Assembly (NCBI RefSeq): GCF_002113885.1
Contig: NW_018408876.1
Coordinates: forward strand, 575,806 to 639,805
Reading direction: 5' to 3'
Source: Mizuhopecten yessoensis
Lineage: Eukaryota
DNA: 64,000 bases
The notes under the pieces are model-generated. The model was not told the origin of the DNA. It searched no databases and saw nothing but the letters and a program-made list of their open reading frames with translations. Within the stretch, counting starts at the first letter, position 1. The number at the start of each line of letters is the position of its first letter. Below are positions 27,816-40,352 of this stretch, in pieces. A program made the translations under genes and the position numbers.

Positions 27816-28589
27816 CCTTATCGTACTGGCCCTAATTGACTCCCATTGTCGACAATATCAAAACAATCCCTTATCGTACAATGTATCTTATCATATCTGT
27901 ATCAATGGATCTAGCGGAATATCTCGACAGACGCTTAATCATAAGATACAGATATGCACATCGCCTTAATTGAACCAATATCGTTAATATTTTGCCTGAA
28001 ACACAATGCTGTAAATTGGGTTTTCTCCGAACGAATATTGTCTTAAGTATGTTTTATGATAGCACATTAAAGAACAGACTCTACATTTCCATAAAGTGTT
28101 TGCAGACCAAAGTTTAACAGGTGATTTATTAATTGATTTGATCAAGAATTAACGTAATTGAACATATGAAGATGAACGGATTCCAAAAATGGTAAATATA
28201 AGTATTGAACTGCTTGCAATTGGCATTCATAGGCATTATGAATNAAAATATAGAAATACCCACTTACCATCCTAATATGCTTCGTGACAAGTTCCACCTG
28301 GACAAATGCAAATCCAACAGGTTGCGCTTCATTGAATTTGCCTTTGCCCAGTGGGCATTCATATTTCTTATGAATGCAAACCGAAAGCAATTCAATGCTT
28401 AAATGAAGGGTAGTATTATGAACCTTGGTATTGCAATATATGAAATCAGTCAGTTACAGTATCTGAAATGTCCTGTAATATGCGTCCTTTGGCAACCAAG
28501 GACTCAATGCATTCCGATTGTTAAAGGGCCTTGTGTTATCGGAAAAATGTATGAGAGCAGATGACACGGAAGGAAAAACAATCCAATTT

Positions 28590-28698
28590 TTACCCGGTCC
28601 TCACATTAGTCGCCTCCTATGATCATGCAGTGGGATAAAGCCTAAGGGGTTCTCACATTAGTCGCCACGCTAGATCATGGGGTGGGATGTTGGGGTTC
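28590..28698 (-). mobile_element. Possible Deu/Nin-domain SINE fragment with an internal duplication
   Basis: ctcacattagtcgcc occurs twice; its reverse complement resembles tgtaagaggcgactattgtgggg near 6097-6120. Confidence 0.35.
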
Positions 28699-28889
28699 CT
28701 TTCGTCTTTGCGTATTGCAGAGTTATCTTCTCTGGTCAGTAGGTATTGATTGTTACGTCATTGGTTTGTGTGAGAAAATTACGTCGTTTTCTCAAAAATT
28801 GACGACGTTACTCTCACAAACCACAACTCACAACAATCAATACCTGCTCACAAGAGAAGATAACTCTGCAATACGCAAAGACGGAATAG
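28699..28889. mobile_element. ~190-bp palindromic MITE, copy 1
   Basis: Long imperfect inverted repeats cgtctttgcgtattgcagagttatcttctct / agagaagataactctgcaatacgcaaagacg. Confidence 0.85.
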
Positions 28890-29006
28890 TAGACTTCAGA
28901 ACAATTCCTCATATTTTGCATTTATCATCACATTGTATGTGATTTGTGATATCAATATCGAACTATTAATCTTTAATGATATCGCTGTTTGTTTGATTTT
29001 TTCCAG

Positions 29007-29237
29007 GCTGATTTACGGACCCTTATATTCACCATCTGCCCTTATGTTAGAGGTGGCAAACGTATACGTCACGGAGCTGTTAAATGGAAGTCACGTGGTC
29101 ACGTGCGAGATGACGCGTTCGACTACGAGAAAAGTAGTCACATCATCCAAGGACTTTTACGGAGTAACACAGACTACAGAAACGGCCGAACGTCGAAAAC
29201 GACGGTGACAAAAAACTCATCAACGAAGAGTTTTTAA
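29007..29237 (+). CDS. Terminal coding exon (helix 8 and C-terminal tail) of the same GPCR
   Basis: Acceptor gattttttccag| at 29006, phase 0. Joins as ...FMNNSYR|ADLRTLIFTICP..., giving helix 8, a candidate palmitoylation Cys and a Ser/Thr-rich tail (TSKTTVTKNSSTKSF*); TAA at 29235-29237. Confidence 0.88.
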   Translation, partial: ADLRTLIFTICPYVRGGKRIRHGAVKWKSRGHVRDDAFDYEKSSHIIQGLLRSNTDYRNGRTSKTTVTKNSSTKSF

Positions 29238-31137
29238 CGTGTATCTTGTTCCGGCTGGAAAGCGTCTTCCAGTTGGAAGCATGTATAAATTCCGTGAGTT
29301 TAACAGTGATAAATAACACTCAGGTTATACGTGAGATCCAAGCCATAACTACTTCCAAGGATTCATATCTTATCAATGAAATCTCGTTAATGACGTCATC
29401 AATAAGTGACGTCATCAATACATGCGCGTGTATAGTAATGCTGATGTGAGTACAATAGTTTACATTTTGAGTACACGTTGTGAGTACGAGTTACGATGCT
29501 GCATGATGTGGGCCAAGTGTCTTCACGCACTTGCCTTACCCTTTTGCCATTCTTTCTGTCTGTCCAATCTCAGTGCACAAAAATGCAACGACATCTGGAC
29601 GCATTCTTTATTCCTTTACAATTGGGCATTGTAAAATATCCGAACACTCGTAACAACTTTAATAAGGGGTCAATATTATTTTTTTCACCTTGTAGAATAT
29701 TCGAATTCTTTGTTGCCAACGATTTGCATGGCAGCACCATGAAACGATTCGCCTGTTCGTAAGATCGACTTCCTGTGTTAATGCCGGAAATGTTCGGATT
29801 TTGTTATTTAAAACAAACTCAATTTCATATTTCTTATCATATTTTTATAAAAAAAATAAGATTAAAATGTAATTCATTTGAAAAAAAAGACCAACATTTA
29901 GGATGTATGGTCTGAAATTACAGCCATTTGTTTTATCCCGGGCCCCAAAATCTCTCTAGAACCATAGGTGGCATTAAGTTTAGGTTGACGACGTTTTTCA
30001 AAATGAGAGATAACCGAGATTCACATGTCAAATAGCTACGAATGAATATTGCATCACCAAGACCTCGCACAAGAATGGAAAATGTCTATCTCCAGATGAT
30101 ATTTTGCAACATCCCAAACCCGGCTCCATCTGTCTGTGATTCTATTAACATAGTATCCCTAGATAGCTATAATGTATTCTTTCACATGTTTTGGTAAGCG
30201 ATTTGATTCCGTGTAACAACTTTTATTTAAGAGGATACCGATCTTGAAACGGCTCCAAATGGAACCAATATCTTTAAACAAAGAAATATACGCCATGTTT
30301 CAGCGTAATTCAAGGTGAGTTGAATGGAAGTTAAGTTCTTTACTTCCAAAAAAAAACCACTCTCGCGCGACGGATATCTATCAGACAACAGAGAAATGAC
30401 TAGTCCTATTTCCGGTAGGTCGTAAAATGGCGGACATGTAAGTCGTGCATGGAACTAACTTATCCCTAATCAATCTACGAGCATTTATCAGAGGCGGCAG
30501 ACTAGCTAGTCACAGTGACCGCCTATACAACAGTTAGACGAGTTATTTCTATTTTCACTGGATAATTGTTGTAAAGTCATCTTGACAATGCTAGCGAGCT
30601 TTGATTGATGTTTGTGGGCTGCCGAGGCTTCTACCACTGACGTCACTTGGTCTAGCTAGATTCTCCAGCGATCTACCGACAAGGAATATGTATGTATTTC
30701 TGAACGAATCTAATGACAGCAAATGACCAACTATAAGGCCATTTAAATTCTTTTATAAGTAAAGATAGAACAGCTTTATAAAAAAAACATTTCACTGTGT
30801 CTTTTCATTATGTATTTTTGTGATATTCTTTGCATAATGACGTCATAGAATTGTTCAATTAATGTTTAATGACGTCATACTTTTTGTAATTAATATTATT
30901 TATCTAATGACGTCATATCATATGTTACACATTTAATTACGTCATATTAGTATTTTATTATTAATTATGCAACGATGTCATTGTATTCTGCGATAAATAT
31001 CTAATGACGCCATAATACTGTATTTATGTCATAATATTGATGTTATGATGTCACAACATGATGCGATATACTACATGTATATCTGATGACGTCAGAACAT
31101 TCTGTTATTAGCACAATGTTATGACGCCAAACGTAAA

Positions 31138-31302
31138 CAGTGGCGGATACATGAGATTTATCGGGGGGGGGGCCAAATTTCCAAGGGGGGGTTTCATGTT
31201 CGGGAAAATTGAGGAAAATTGTGAAAATACAAGATTTTTAAAGAACATTTTCAGAGTGGAGGGTTTCTTGAAGCCCAAAAACCCCCTCTGGATCCGCCTT
31301 TG
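31138..31302. mobile_element. Short TIR MITE flanked by a GTAAA duplication
   Basis: GTAAA|CAGTGGCGGATAC ... GGATCCGCCTTTG|GTAAA; G-rich interior. Confidence 0.7.
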
Positions 31303-32412
31303 GTAAACAGCAAGACATTACGTGCATAATATCCAGTAAATACAACACAGGTTTAATAGTTTCAATCTCTGCCATCACTGAAAAACCGGATCTGTGACGT
31401 TATATTAATGTCAATAAATTGACGTCTATGATTCTATTTGAGTGATGCCTTGGCAGCAATTCGTGTTCATAAGTGTGAAAAAAGTGAAATTCATAAAAGT
31501 CTTTCGCACAGATTTCATTAAAGATTTTCAAAGACATTCTCAAATGAGCAAATCCTAACTCACACAATCAGAAATTTCATATGAAAAAGAAAAGCATTTT
31601 ATTGAAATATATGGAGAATTTGTTTATAACTTTCTTTATACCGCGACACCTGCCCAAGCCGACCTGAGACTAATCTGGAACTCTGAACAGTCCGAAATTC
31701 AGAAAAAAATACCTTTATCAATTATGTTTAAATCAACCACGCGCATTCATGCAACATATGTATCGTCGAAATATACTATGTTGCGTCTAGAAACGCCCAC
31801 TATTCTGGTTTTATTAGTAGATAAATACATGTAGCATCTTAAAACCCTTTTTGATTAGACATCGAACCAAGAGCTAATTCCATGTCATACAGTAGGACTT
31901 AATAATACGGAAGTTTTAAATCTAGAAAATGAAAAGCTAGATAGAGATTTTTGTTCCTTCTGAAACAGAGATTTTATCTTACAAGTATCATTTCCTGGAT
32001 ACCACAGTCTGTAATGTGAGTTTTCTGTGTACCGTCCGGTTTATTGAGGTTCTAACATAAAGATTCACACTCGTTTATCCGTATATATGTCTTTGAGTGT
32101 TTTTCTTTGATGGTCAAATAGGGTATTTTTAATTGACGGCAATCAAATATCGCATTTTTAAGTCACGTTTGATTTGGGATGAGATAATTTTCAAAATAAT
32201 CTCATTTAAATTTCAATGATGAGAACATATTAGCGATAAAAAAAATATTCAATCTTAATTTCGCAAGTATGGAAATCCGAAAAATCGCGTTGTGTACGAA
32301 ATACAATAGATGTACAGATATTTATTTATTAAGCGTTAATTTATGTTTAGATTATTTATTATCAGGACGCTGTCCCTCTGCTTTGTATTTATGGTTTTGT
32401 GTGTTTACTTAA

Positions 32413-32649
32413 GGAGGTATGCTACATTACTGTAATGATTAGTAAATTTTGTATCTCCACTTTCAAAAGAGTTCCACAATGACACGTCTATGTTCACGAA
32501 TTTCTGAAACTTTGATTTTACTAAAAAATTATCAATTCATGGTAATTTATGTCATTCTGAACCGTAGGAATTGAAATTCAGCCGGTTTAAAGGGAGCTTA
32601 CTCTAACATAAATCACACAAACGTGTTACATGTAAGGTAGCATACATCC
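32413..32649. mobile_element. Kolobok-like MITE with TTAA TSD
   Basis: TTAA|GGAGGTATGCTAC ... GTAGCATACATCC|TTAA: 13-bp TIR with 1 mismatch and RR...YY termini. Confidence 0.75.
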
Positions 32650-32735
32650 TTAACATATACTAATGTAACGAAGACCCGGGATGGACTAGGCAAGCTGTGA
32701 TATAATTACGTACACGTGTCAAAGATACCGTCCAG

Positions 32736-32985
32736 GGCCCAATCTGTTCGAAGCCTGGTCAGCTTACCGAGTATTTGACAGAAGTTTGAAAATCCATTTT
32801 TTTTAATATCTGAATATTTACAAAGATTTTTGTACTTCTTATCTTCAGATTTTAACTCTAAATCCATAATATATACAGTAAACATTCAGTTTTAGTTTTA
32901 AATTTCATTTTGTTTTTGAAAGATACCAGATTAAAAGTGTGTATTAAGTCGTCATTAAGCTGGCCAGGCTTTTGAGAGCTAGGCC
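32736..32985. mobile_element. PIF/Harbinger-like MITE with CAG TSD
   Basis: CAG|GGCCCAATCTGTTCGAAGCCTGGTCAGCTTA ... TAAGCTGGCCAGGCTTTTGAGAGCTAGGCC|CAG. Confidence 0.65.
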
Positions 32986-35659
32986 CAGATGAACATGTAC
33001 AGATGATTGCAGGCGTAACCCTGCATACCAATGCAACCTTTGATTATTAAACAATAAACACTTACACATGTGTCATTGTCTTCTTATTCATTAAACGTGA
33101 TCCATGGAACAGATTTCGACACGAGCGGATGGGGATCAGGGGTATGGAAAGGAGAAGGAATACAGTTTTCCTGAAAAGATACAACGAAAATTATGAAAAC
33201 GTTCAATTTCTTTTATATTGAAGCTAGTCGATATTTAGAGTTATCTTGGTTTTTGTAAGAGTGGTGTAATAATTGTTTTCCTTGTACGATTACCGAGTGA
33301 AGGTTCTTTGATGTACCTAATACGCGTATTGTACAGTTCTAGAGGAAACCGGTTTTTGTTTCCAGCAGAAAGCGTCTCGAAAGATGTGGACATCTAAAAT
33401 TGAACTTCAACTGTAGGTGTAATTGGCATAATTTTATATCAACACAATAAGGGACAATTTATAGTGTATGGAAACTAGAATTATTACGATCTTACCATGG
33501 AGTCTATATAATGTAAAACATGAAATGTCCGGGGGTACCATACGTAGCTTTCCGTTTCGTAAAAAAGGGAGTTACCTCTCCTTACAGCAGATAGGTTTAC
33601 GGACGGTTTTACGGGTTCAGATTGGTTTGATAATGTTATTTTTTAATATCAACAGTTACAACCAAATCTAGATGTTGTAATATTTTATGTAGTTTATAGT
33701 CTCGGTTTTACTGTAACCGCGAAAATCCGCCCACAACTAAGGAACCATATTCAGTTGATTGATTATGATATATGTCTTGGAAGATCGACAAGATTTTTTT
33801 CATGTTTTACTTTCAAGATTCAATATCAATGCATCATAGTCAATCATCACGTGTCGAATATTCACTTTCACCCACATACATGTGTGAAAGGGATACACAT
33901 TGGAGGTTTTTCTGTAACATGTACTAAGAGCTTCGTGTGCTAAAACACACAGGAAAGAGAGAAATGCATTGTCATAAATCCGTCTTGTTGCGTCATCGTC
34001 TGTCAGATTATAGGCTTGCTCTCGGCATGAGCTGTGCAACTTTCCACCAGGACTGCGCACTGCTGTACAAAAATATATAGTTGTATGTATTGTTAACAGT
34101 TGTATAACAGAGCTCAGCCATGTTGGAGAGTAGCGATACTATACCAAGACCACAGTTTACGATATTAAGGTAGAGACTGTCTTAGGTTTTATTATGACGT
34201 CATTAAACGTTCAGGATCATAGGAGGAATATAATCACGAATCCGTTTCTTTGAAACTGGTACTATAATATTGTAATCATTGTTTGCTGAGATGTATGCCA
34301 TGCTAGACCCCAGAATGGGTGCATTAAGCATACACATGTATATGCGTTACGTTATTTTTGGGCATTAAGACATGTTAGTGAATTATGGAACTAATAACGT
34401 ACCATAGTGTGATATGGAGACTTAAGGGTGTATGATGCATCACTTTAATATGTTCCTCCTTTACAAAAGTGTTCCTCCCTAAGAAACACAATGAAAGGAA
34501 AGAACAATCGATAAAAAGTAAAGGGAAATAACTCTAATACCAATGACAGACTTAATGTGTCAGGTAACATGTAACCTTAATTAATAATTGATGGCAGTCT
34601 CCGTAGGCAGTGCAACGGAAGAGTTTAATTGAGGAAATACCACAGAGTTCGGAACCTTGAATTGAGCAATGGAACATGGATTGTCGAATCAATAAATACT
34701 AAAAACGTTAAATGAAACGTGTGTACTGCAATTGTCTCCCGTTTATTGAGTAGTTCCGTCAAAGTTTGTATCAAACAGGAAAATTGGTTTGACAATTTAA
34801 CATTAGATTAAGAAACGCTTCTTCTTTTACAATCGTTTGATAAAAATAATCTCAAATCGTTTCCCATCGATACTTGATAAAGAAGAGTTGAAATTAGACT
34901 TGCTTCAATGTAAAATTTAAGAAATTTAGACAATTACTAGACTGAGCTGCGGGAAATTCAGTTTCATGCGTTTTATTTTGACAAAAACAGCAATATTCGA
35001 AACCTTGGATTTAAAGTGGGAAGCAAAATAAATACCAAATGCACAGGCTGGCGTAAAATAAATTTATTTCTAAAAGAGTACCGAGAGAGTTCTTATAGAT
35101 AAACAATGTAAATACCGTCAGTGTATAGACACATGGGTATAGGTTAAACGCTGTTGTCGCCGGCTTTATGTAGAATGTCTGTCTTTTATATTTCTTAGTT
35201 CTTCTAATTCACACTCTGTATTTCCTTATGTTTTACAGAACATTGCAGAATAGAAAACCGGAGACAATTTATACAATATATCTACATATCTAATACACTA
35301 CTATACGACAAACATTTTCATGCTTATTTATACACCATACGACAAATTGAAATATATCCGTTTCAGACGGATCCTATATATATTACATTTAAATAAATTC
35401 ATTTTACAGCGTTATGCCATCGTATGTCATCCCCCCCGCCCAAAAAATGTTCCGTATGTATTATTCCTTAATCGAAACATACCATGATTTTTAAATGATC
35501 GACATACAAGAAACACGACACAAAAGATCATATGAAGATGTCCGCACGTGGCTAGTGACTAAAGGGATGCTTTATAGTGTTATCTCACTGAAATACCCCA
35601 ACCTGGTCATATAGTCAATATTGTCACTACGGCAAGCCAACTTAAAATTTGATAAACCT

Positions 35660-36070
35660 TAAATAAATATCTTTATTTATTAATTCAATTTAGAATATCG
35701 TTAATTCATTCAGATATAAGTCTCATTACATTTAAAGACATCTTTGTTCTTTAAGAGATATCTCTATTTCTTTTAAAGATATCCGTAACGTAAGATAGAT
35801 ATCTTTTTACAAATTATGTGGGATCTGTTTCATTCATTTAGATATATCTCTTTTACGTTTAAAGATATCATTATTCTTTAATTTCTTTTAAATAATTCTT
35901 TTATGCGATATCTTTCATTCATTTAAAAATATTCATGTTTTCAATTAAATATCCCTAATACATTTAAAGGTATCTTATTTCAATAAGATACATTCAACTC
36001 TCTTTTGGGTATTTTATGTTTAGTTCATGTTCAAAGGGAGATAACGCCGAAAAGAATGTTGAAATGCAGT
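35660..36070. repeat. Highly degenerate AGATATCT-containing tandem repeat
   Basis: Recurring agatatct / ttcattcattta motifs at roughly 20-25 bp spacing. Confidence 0.45.
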
Positions 36071-36458
36071 AGCAGGCAAAATTTGCACTCTTGGTAGCGT
36101 CCCAAATATGGGAAATTAAAACGAATTTTTCAATTCCATAGGGAATCGCCTTTTTAGATAATGTAGAGGGATACAACAGAAACATTATTTTCGTCTAACC
36201 TGCAAGGGACACTTAAATATAAAATCAGCCGAGATTAAACATGAAGGAGGGTTTGTACATGAAATAAAACAATTTCGGAAGATCGAAAATCTCAGTCTCA
36301 AAATGCGGCCCTCCCGTATCAAACAAGCTGACACATTTGTCCCATTAAATAGTATGAAAATAATAATAATAAATTAAATCAAATTAAAAGTAAACTTATT
36401 CTGAAGATTTTATACCAAATCTGTTGTGAGAGATTTATCGCCGGGTATCATACGAAGG

Positions 36459-36650
36459 CTATTCCGTCTTTGCGTATTGCAGAATTATCTTCTCTTGGGA
36501 GCAGGTATTGAGTGTTACGTCAATTGTTTGTGAGAGTAACGTCATCAATTTTTGAGAAAACGACGTTATTTTCTCGTACAAACCAATGACGTACCAATCA
36601 ATACCTGCTCCCAAGAGAAAATAACTCTGCAATACGCAAAGACGGAATTG
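36459..36650. mobile_element. ~190-bp palindromic MITE, copy 2 (opposite orientation)
   Basis: Same terminal inverted repeats as 28699-28889; the central segment is its reverse complement. Confidence 0.85.
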
Positions 36651-36722
36651 TGTGTTTTAGACAATTCATTTGAAAAACACCGGGTACAGACACCTTTCAC
36701 TATCTATTGTAAATGTAACCTG

Positions 36723-36986
36723 GGCCCGTATTCATGAAACCGTGTTCATGCTAAAGCATAGATTTTGTGCTCAAGTCTAATTTCTTGTTCTTGCTATAAC
36801 TTAATAAATCAATCTAAATTTGTCAATGATTTAGAAACGTTTTGAGAGACTTAATGCCAGATGCTGTTTCCAATTGTTAACATTTGACTTTGTGATCGTG
36901 TGACATAAGTTAAGCGAGTTGCAAAAAAGATGGTTTGAGCACAGAATCAATGCTTGAGCATGAGAACGGTTTCATGAATACGGGCC
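36723..36986. mobile_element. PIF/Harbinger-like MITE with CTG TSD
   Basis: CTG|GGCCCGTATTCATGAAACCGT ... ACGGTTTCATGAATACGGGCC|CTG: perfect 21-bp TIR that extends imperfectly inward. Confidence 0.85.
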
Positions 36987-37085
36987 CTGGTCTAACTAGT
37001 AGCCAACACTACAGCGTGGTGCCACAGGGACCTGAGAATTTGTTACAGCTATAGTTAGATCTAATCAGAGACATATGAAGCCAGT

Positions 37086-37411
37086 NNNNNNNNNNNNNNN
37101 NNNNNNNNNNNNNNNNNNNNNNNNNNNNNNNNNNNNNNNNNNNNNNNNNNNNNNNNNNNNNNNNNNNNNNNNNNNNNNNNNNNNNNNNNNNNNNNNNNNN
37201 NNNNNNNNNNNNNNNNNNNNNNNNNNNNNNNNNNNNNNNNNNNNNNNNNNNNNNNNNNNNNNNNNNNNNNNNNNNNNNNNNNNNNNNNNNNNNNNNNNNN
37301 NNNNNNNNNNNNNNNNNNNNNNNNNNNNNNNNNNNNNNNNNNNNNNNNNNNNNNNNNNNNNNNNNNNNNNNNNNNNNNNNNNNNNNNNNNNNNNNNNNNN
37401 NNNNNNNNNNN
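37086..37411. other. Assembly gap (326 N)
   Basis: Run of N; a single N also occurs at 28244. Confidence 1.
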
Positions 37412-38907
37412 ACACACAAAAAAAAATAAAAAAATACATATACGAGTTAGGTGGGGTAGATTTTTCGACATCGAGAGCTTTCCATCCTTCTCGTATATAA
37501 ATCATCATTCGGGATGACATTTTAACCGAAAGATGATCTAAACCCCTTAAACGCGCAGAATTACTCGGAACACCTTAGGTCTAAATATAGATGTAACAAA
37601 ATGTTCAGGTCCCTGTACATGGTGTCTCCATTTTTATTTTTTCCGTCGACTCGATTATAAGTCGGGCAACTTAAGTTAAAAACTAATAAAAAAAGGAAAA
37701 CGATATAATATCCGGGATAATCCTTATACCGTATATGATATAAGAAGAGACCAGTATTCCCTCCAATACCCCACCCTCTGACATAAACTAAAACAACACC
37801 AAAATAATAATTCAATTATTTATTGTTTGGAGCGAATAATCGCCGACAGTATAATTTACACTTCAAACTTGCTCAAATTTCTCACATTCCCATCATGAAT
37901 GCACATAAAACCATTCCGTCAATTCATTACGAAATTCGACAATTCTTATAAAGAAGGTGTACATTTCTCAATGAAAAACAAAAACCATGTGTACTATCGC
38001 TAAATGACCCGATAGTTACATACCATACCGTACACCCAGCACGTACGAAACCCGACTTCAACGCACTCTATCAGAAGGTATGACACTGAAGGGAAAACAA
38101 TTTTCGGCTCAAACTCCGAAAATTATATTATACATATACATAACGCTATACATCATCAGTACACTGTAGTTCTGTAATGCTACTAAATCCATATTGCCAT
38201 TTGTTGATGGCCTGTAGTCAAATATGACGTCTTATCTTGAGATGAATGATAGTTTCGCCTCTATCATTAAAAAAAGATAATTAAGGCCCAAGGGAGATAA
38301 CCGTTATTGTTTTATGCAGAATTACCAACTTCTTATTCAGGAATTCTCATGCAACATCTGTCGTTACTGTTTTCTTCAGGTGTCACGACTGTTCAGTTTA
38401 CACATTGATTTTATAAACTTTAGGTACATTATCATATTACATATCTACACATGAATTTTTGTTTACAGAAATATTGATTATTTTGTCCTTAATATTTCAT
38501 TTTTGCGATTCCTGTCTAGATGGTACATGTATGATACGTGCGAACGTCCCGACATAATATCTGATTACGACAGCTGTCACAGCAGTTGACGGTCACAATT
38601 ACGCTAAAGTGTAGCATTTTATATTACCAGTGATCATTTTGATAGCATAACGTTTCAACACTAGCCTTAACGGTATCAGTCCAAATCGCTCATCATAAAC
38701 TATATCCTATAAGGTTCTTAGAACTCTTTTGGAATGGAGTTGCATATCTGTGATTCCAATGGCAAACGGTTGGAACTTTCCCGTTTCTTTTTCTCGTTTA
38801 ACGGAAAATGTGGACGGTTCCCCGATTGTCCACCCACAGTGAAACTAATGTATACTAAGGGCAGTAACTCTGCTTGCCTTGAGACAACAGTTTATTAGTG
38901 TGTCCAG

Positions 38908-39133
38908 GCTTGGGTATCACAAACATTTTCTCAAATCTCAAGCTCAAATCTTAAGTTTCGTTCCGGAGCTTGAGTTCGAATTTAAGTCTGCTCTTGGGCA
39001 GTCTCAGCTTTTTGAGCTCAGCTTGAGGCGTTGAGCTGAGTTTTTAGTTTGTGATAACGAAATACGGACGCTGAGCTTGAGTCCTTGAGTTCGGACTCAA
39101 ATCTCAGCTTAAGTACGTTTGTGATACCGAAGC
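38908..39133. mobile_element. PIF/Harbinger-like MITE with CAG TSD
   Basis: CAG|GCTTGGGTATCACAAAC ... GTTTGTGATACCGAAGC|CAG; internal gctgag/ctcagc motifs. Confidence 0.7.
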
Positions 39134-40352
39134 CAGTTCACATATATCTTAGAAATTTCATAATTTTCTTTTGTATACAAATGGTTAAGATATGTGGAAA
39201 TTATTATAATTATAAGACTTTCTAAATAATATGATATGAAACTTGTTCCTGTGATATATTAAGTGTTTTTAGTGCAATGGACATAGCAGGAGAATACCAG
39301 ATGTATGAATATATTTATATTTTATTTATGGGGGGGGGGGTTGGGAGGGGATTGTCTTCAAGACTAGTGTTTGATACTCTACTTAATTTGAACAAAAGTA
39401 ATATGTTTCATTGATAGAAATTCGTGAGAAACAGCGAACACAGACGAGTGAACACAATAAACAGGGGCGATAACTCATTTTAATTTATACCACAACAGAG
39501 CAAACACAATTTCTAATCTCGTGATAAATGATATCTGGATAAACAATGCCTCGGATTGATAGTGGCTAAATTTATGAGACTGATCTAAAATATTCTCTTC
39601 TCCCATGTTGGCGAAGACCTTGTAAAAATGACCAATTGAAGTTCACGCTGAAAAAGCATGATCACATAACATAAGACACACCGGTCCATTCACAGCCTAC
39701 GATGTTTTTGTGTGTCCTTTGAGACCGATACAGATATCAACTTTGGTCTGCTGTCCCTATTACAGAACTTACAATGTCTATTGTTGTCCCGATAACAGAT
39801 GATAGCGACTGACCGAAGAAAACATCAATATGTAGGTGCATGTGGCTAAAAACCCAATAAAGGCAGGTGTGCCTATTCTCATGACCTATTTTCCCCTTGA
39901 CCTAGATTCAAAGTTTAGTACATACGTACGATTAGTGTTATTTATGAATTATTTTTGCCTATGGTTACATACTTATGAATAAAAAAGTTTTTCAAATTTA
40001 TTTTAACAATTGTCACTCCATCTGATAAAATCTTATTGTTTTTAAAGGATTAGTGAACGAACTACAAATGGTGGTTATCTTATCAAACATCAAAGTGAAG
40101 GATCGATTGATTATTTTCCTATACCCCCAGCCTCTGAAAGGGATGGCGTCATTTGAAAGGACAATGAGCATCTAATTGGTGTTTCGAGGTGTGTGAAATA
40201 TAACAGGAAAGAATAAAATGCTCAGCCTGTGCCTTGGGGAACAGGTCGGACCACTCTTGATCTCACTTCAATAAATAATGTTTTAAGACATATGTGTCAG
40301 GTTAGCCAAACCACAAACAACAAATGGATGTTTCAATGTCGTAATATTCATG

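Noticed and set aside
37009-37520. ORFs rich in X residues
   Set aside because: Artefact of the N gap.
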